From Eutreptiella sp. 'Long Island Sound 2002' (Eukaryota; Protista; Euglenida), in assembly GCA_964036045.1 (NCBI GenBank), contig OZ038378.1, positions 32,674,001 to 32,738,000 on the forward strand: a stretch of 64,000 nt of DNA, written 5' to 3'. Made by a program: the position numbers and the translations under genes. Each line of letters starts with the position of its first letter. Position 1 is the first letter of the stretch. Positions 62,623 to 64,000 of this stretch are shown piece by piece. Under the pieces are notes generated by a model that saw only the letters and a list, made by a program, of their open reading frames with translations, searched no databases and was not told the origin of the DNA.

Positions 62623-63388
62623 TCAAGGCAGGTTAGGTTCCTCCACTAAAAGCTGTCTTGCATTTACCTCTGTTCTCACGTGGGCAAGGTACAGGGTGAT
62701 TGGTGCAGCAGCAATTTTTTTCGCCGAGCTACACAGGGCACAAATCACACAAACACCAACTGGCCTCAGCCAGGAATGGCGAGGAGAGACATGGGCCTCA
62801 GCCCGGAATGGCGAAAGTCCTCTTAAGGAACGACATGTACTCGCGCTGTGCAGGCAAACAGAGCACTCCTTCCCTCCAAGCCCTAGCAGAGAAACGTGTC
62901 GTGACGTCCCTGTTAGGCCATGGCACCTTAGTAGCGCTGTGTTCTCTTGCCTTTTGACAGCTGGGCCACTAGGGCCTGTGTCCTCTTCATGAACGCCACC
63001 AAGTAGAGCGTGTGTGTAGGTGTGGTAGGCCTGGGTGAGGGCTTGAGCACGGCTGTGTTCGCTCATCCTTCGAAGGCTTGTGCCACAGTAGGGTGTGTAG
63101 GACTTGTAGTGAGTGTGTCACTGTCCCGCCGATTTCCTGAAATTTTGTCAGGCTTTTTGGTGGGCAGTGGCCGTGGTTGTCCAGGTTTTGGCCTTTCAGC
63201 AAACAAGCGTTTTCATGCCTCATAGCTTTTGGCCACCCCTCCCCTGTAGTAGGCAGGTAGATAGACAAAACCAATACCTTGGCGTTAGCGCTGGGTATTG
63301 CCCAAAGGATGTTTGGTGCCTTCACAGAAACTGGGCACGTAGTGGCGGAGAGACGTGGGGCGTACCCCATCGCAACGTGTAAAGACAT
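62623..63388 (-). pseudogene. Extra Cys-containing ORF(s) between pol and putative 3' LTR
   Basis: ORFs 62987-63388 and 62623-63066; the latter has CSVC...CVICALC. Confidence 0.3.
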
Positions 63389-63482
63389 ACGCTGGGTTCA
63401 GCAAGGGTGCAGACTTGGGTATAATTAGGACACCACTTCTGCAGCTTGCTCATACGTCCTCAGGCTCAGCACACTCACATAC

Positions 63483-64000
63483 TCAGGCAGGTATAGGAAG
63501 GGTTCGGTCGTCAGGCTTCTTCTGCGAGGCTAGGGTTTCGGCGAGCCTGAGCAACTCTCCTAGGTTTTTCTGGGACAAGTAGTCCACCAGAAGAGAATTC
63601 AGGTGTCCCTCAGGAAGCACGAAGGCAGCAAAGGGCTCCCGGGTAGCTTCCTCCACTCCAAACCCTTCCCAGAGGGCGAGGAAACGCCAGCCTTGGCGGT
63701 AGCGGTGTCGGATAACCGACTTACCCAGGTAGAAGCCTTCCTTAGCCATCTCTTCGGCATTCATGTCACGGAGTTCTCCTTCAACTTCCATAGGGCTGGC
63801 AGCGCCCTGTAGGTCCACAGCGGCGATCTCCTCGTCCTTAAGTTCCCATTCTTCCCCAGAGGCGTCCTTTGGGTCGTAGTAGCGCTTCAGCTGTTGAGCT
63901 GTGCACACCAGGCCCCCCCCTAGTCGGGGAGAACACCGCACAGTGATGCGGTGACCATCCACAGACAGGATCTTGTAGGGCCCAAAGTAGGGGTCATCGC
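63483..64000 (-). CDS. C-terminus of Ty3/gypsy pol: integrase GPY motif plus chromodomain (chromovirus); continues beyond window
   Basis: DDPYFGPYKILSVDGHRITV...QLKRY (GPY/F module), then FYLGKSVIRHRYRQGWRFLALWEGFGVEEATREPFAAF (chromodomain); frame open to stop at 63483. Confidence 0.92.
   Translation of the reverse strand, partial: DDPYFGPYKILSVDGHRITVRCSPRLGGGLVCTAQQLKRYYDPKDASGEEWELKDEEIAAVDLQGAASPMEVEGELRDMNAEEMAKEGFYLGKSVIRHRYRQGWRFLALWEGFGVEEATREPFAAFVLPEGHLNSLLVDYLSQKNLGELLRLAETLASQKKPDDRTLPIPA

Noticed and set aside
1-64000. Naming the organism (repeat style suggested a euglenid-like protist)
   Set aside because: No diagnostic marker (rRNA, spliced leader, non-canonical intron) in the window; impression only.

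Overview
Eukaryotic, repeat-saturated genomic DNA with canonical GT-AG introns; the organism cannot be named from sequence alone. Host-type genes: (i) two spliced 3' exons of an APC-family polyamine/amino-acid permease (minus, 29253-29119 and 26404-26162); (ii) a membrane-anchored/secretory-pathway kinase of the PKDCC/POMK type (minus, exons 14737-14181 and 12774-12426). The rest is nested mobile or repetitive DNA. Retroelements: a decayed APE+RT LINE (1-~7000) and the 3' end of a chromodomain Ty3/gypsy element (61969-64000). DNA elements: three CCC...GGG elements with 2-bp TSDs (CMC/EnSpm-like), two of which restore an interrupted reading frame when removed, plus MITEs. Satellites: 82, 72, 42 and 10 bp units, the first three built from hairpins. 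The most unusual content is a set of decayed cargo-like genes, several separated by short palindromic repeat clusters: two 2OG-Fe(II) dioxygenases, an UPF1-like SF1 helicase, two paralogous degenerate SF2-helicase-like genes, a PHD finger gene and a tyrosine-recombinase-like remnant. These may be the remains of a large cargo-carrying DNA element (inference). All domain calls come from motif reading by eye, not database searches.
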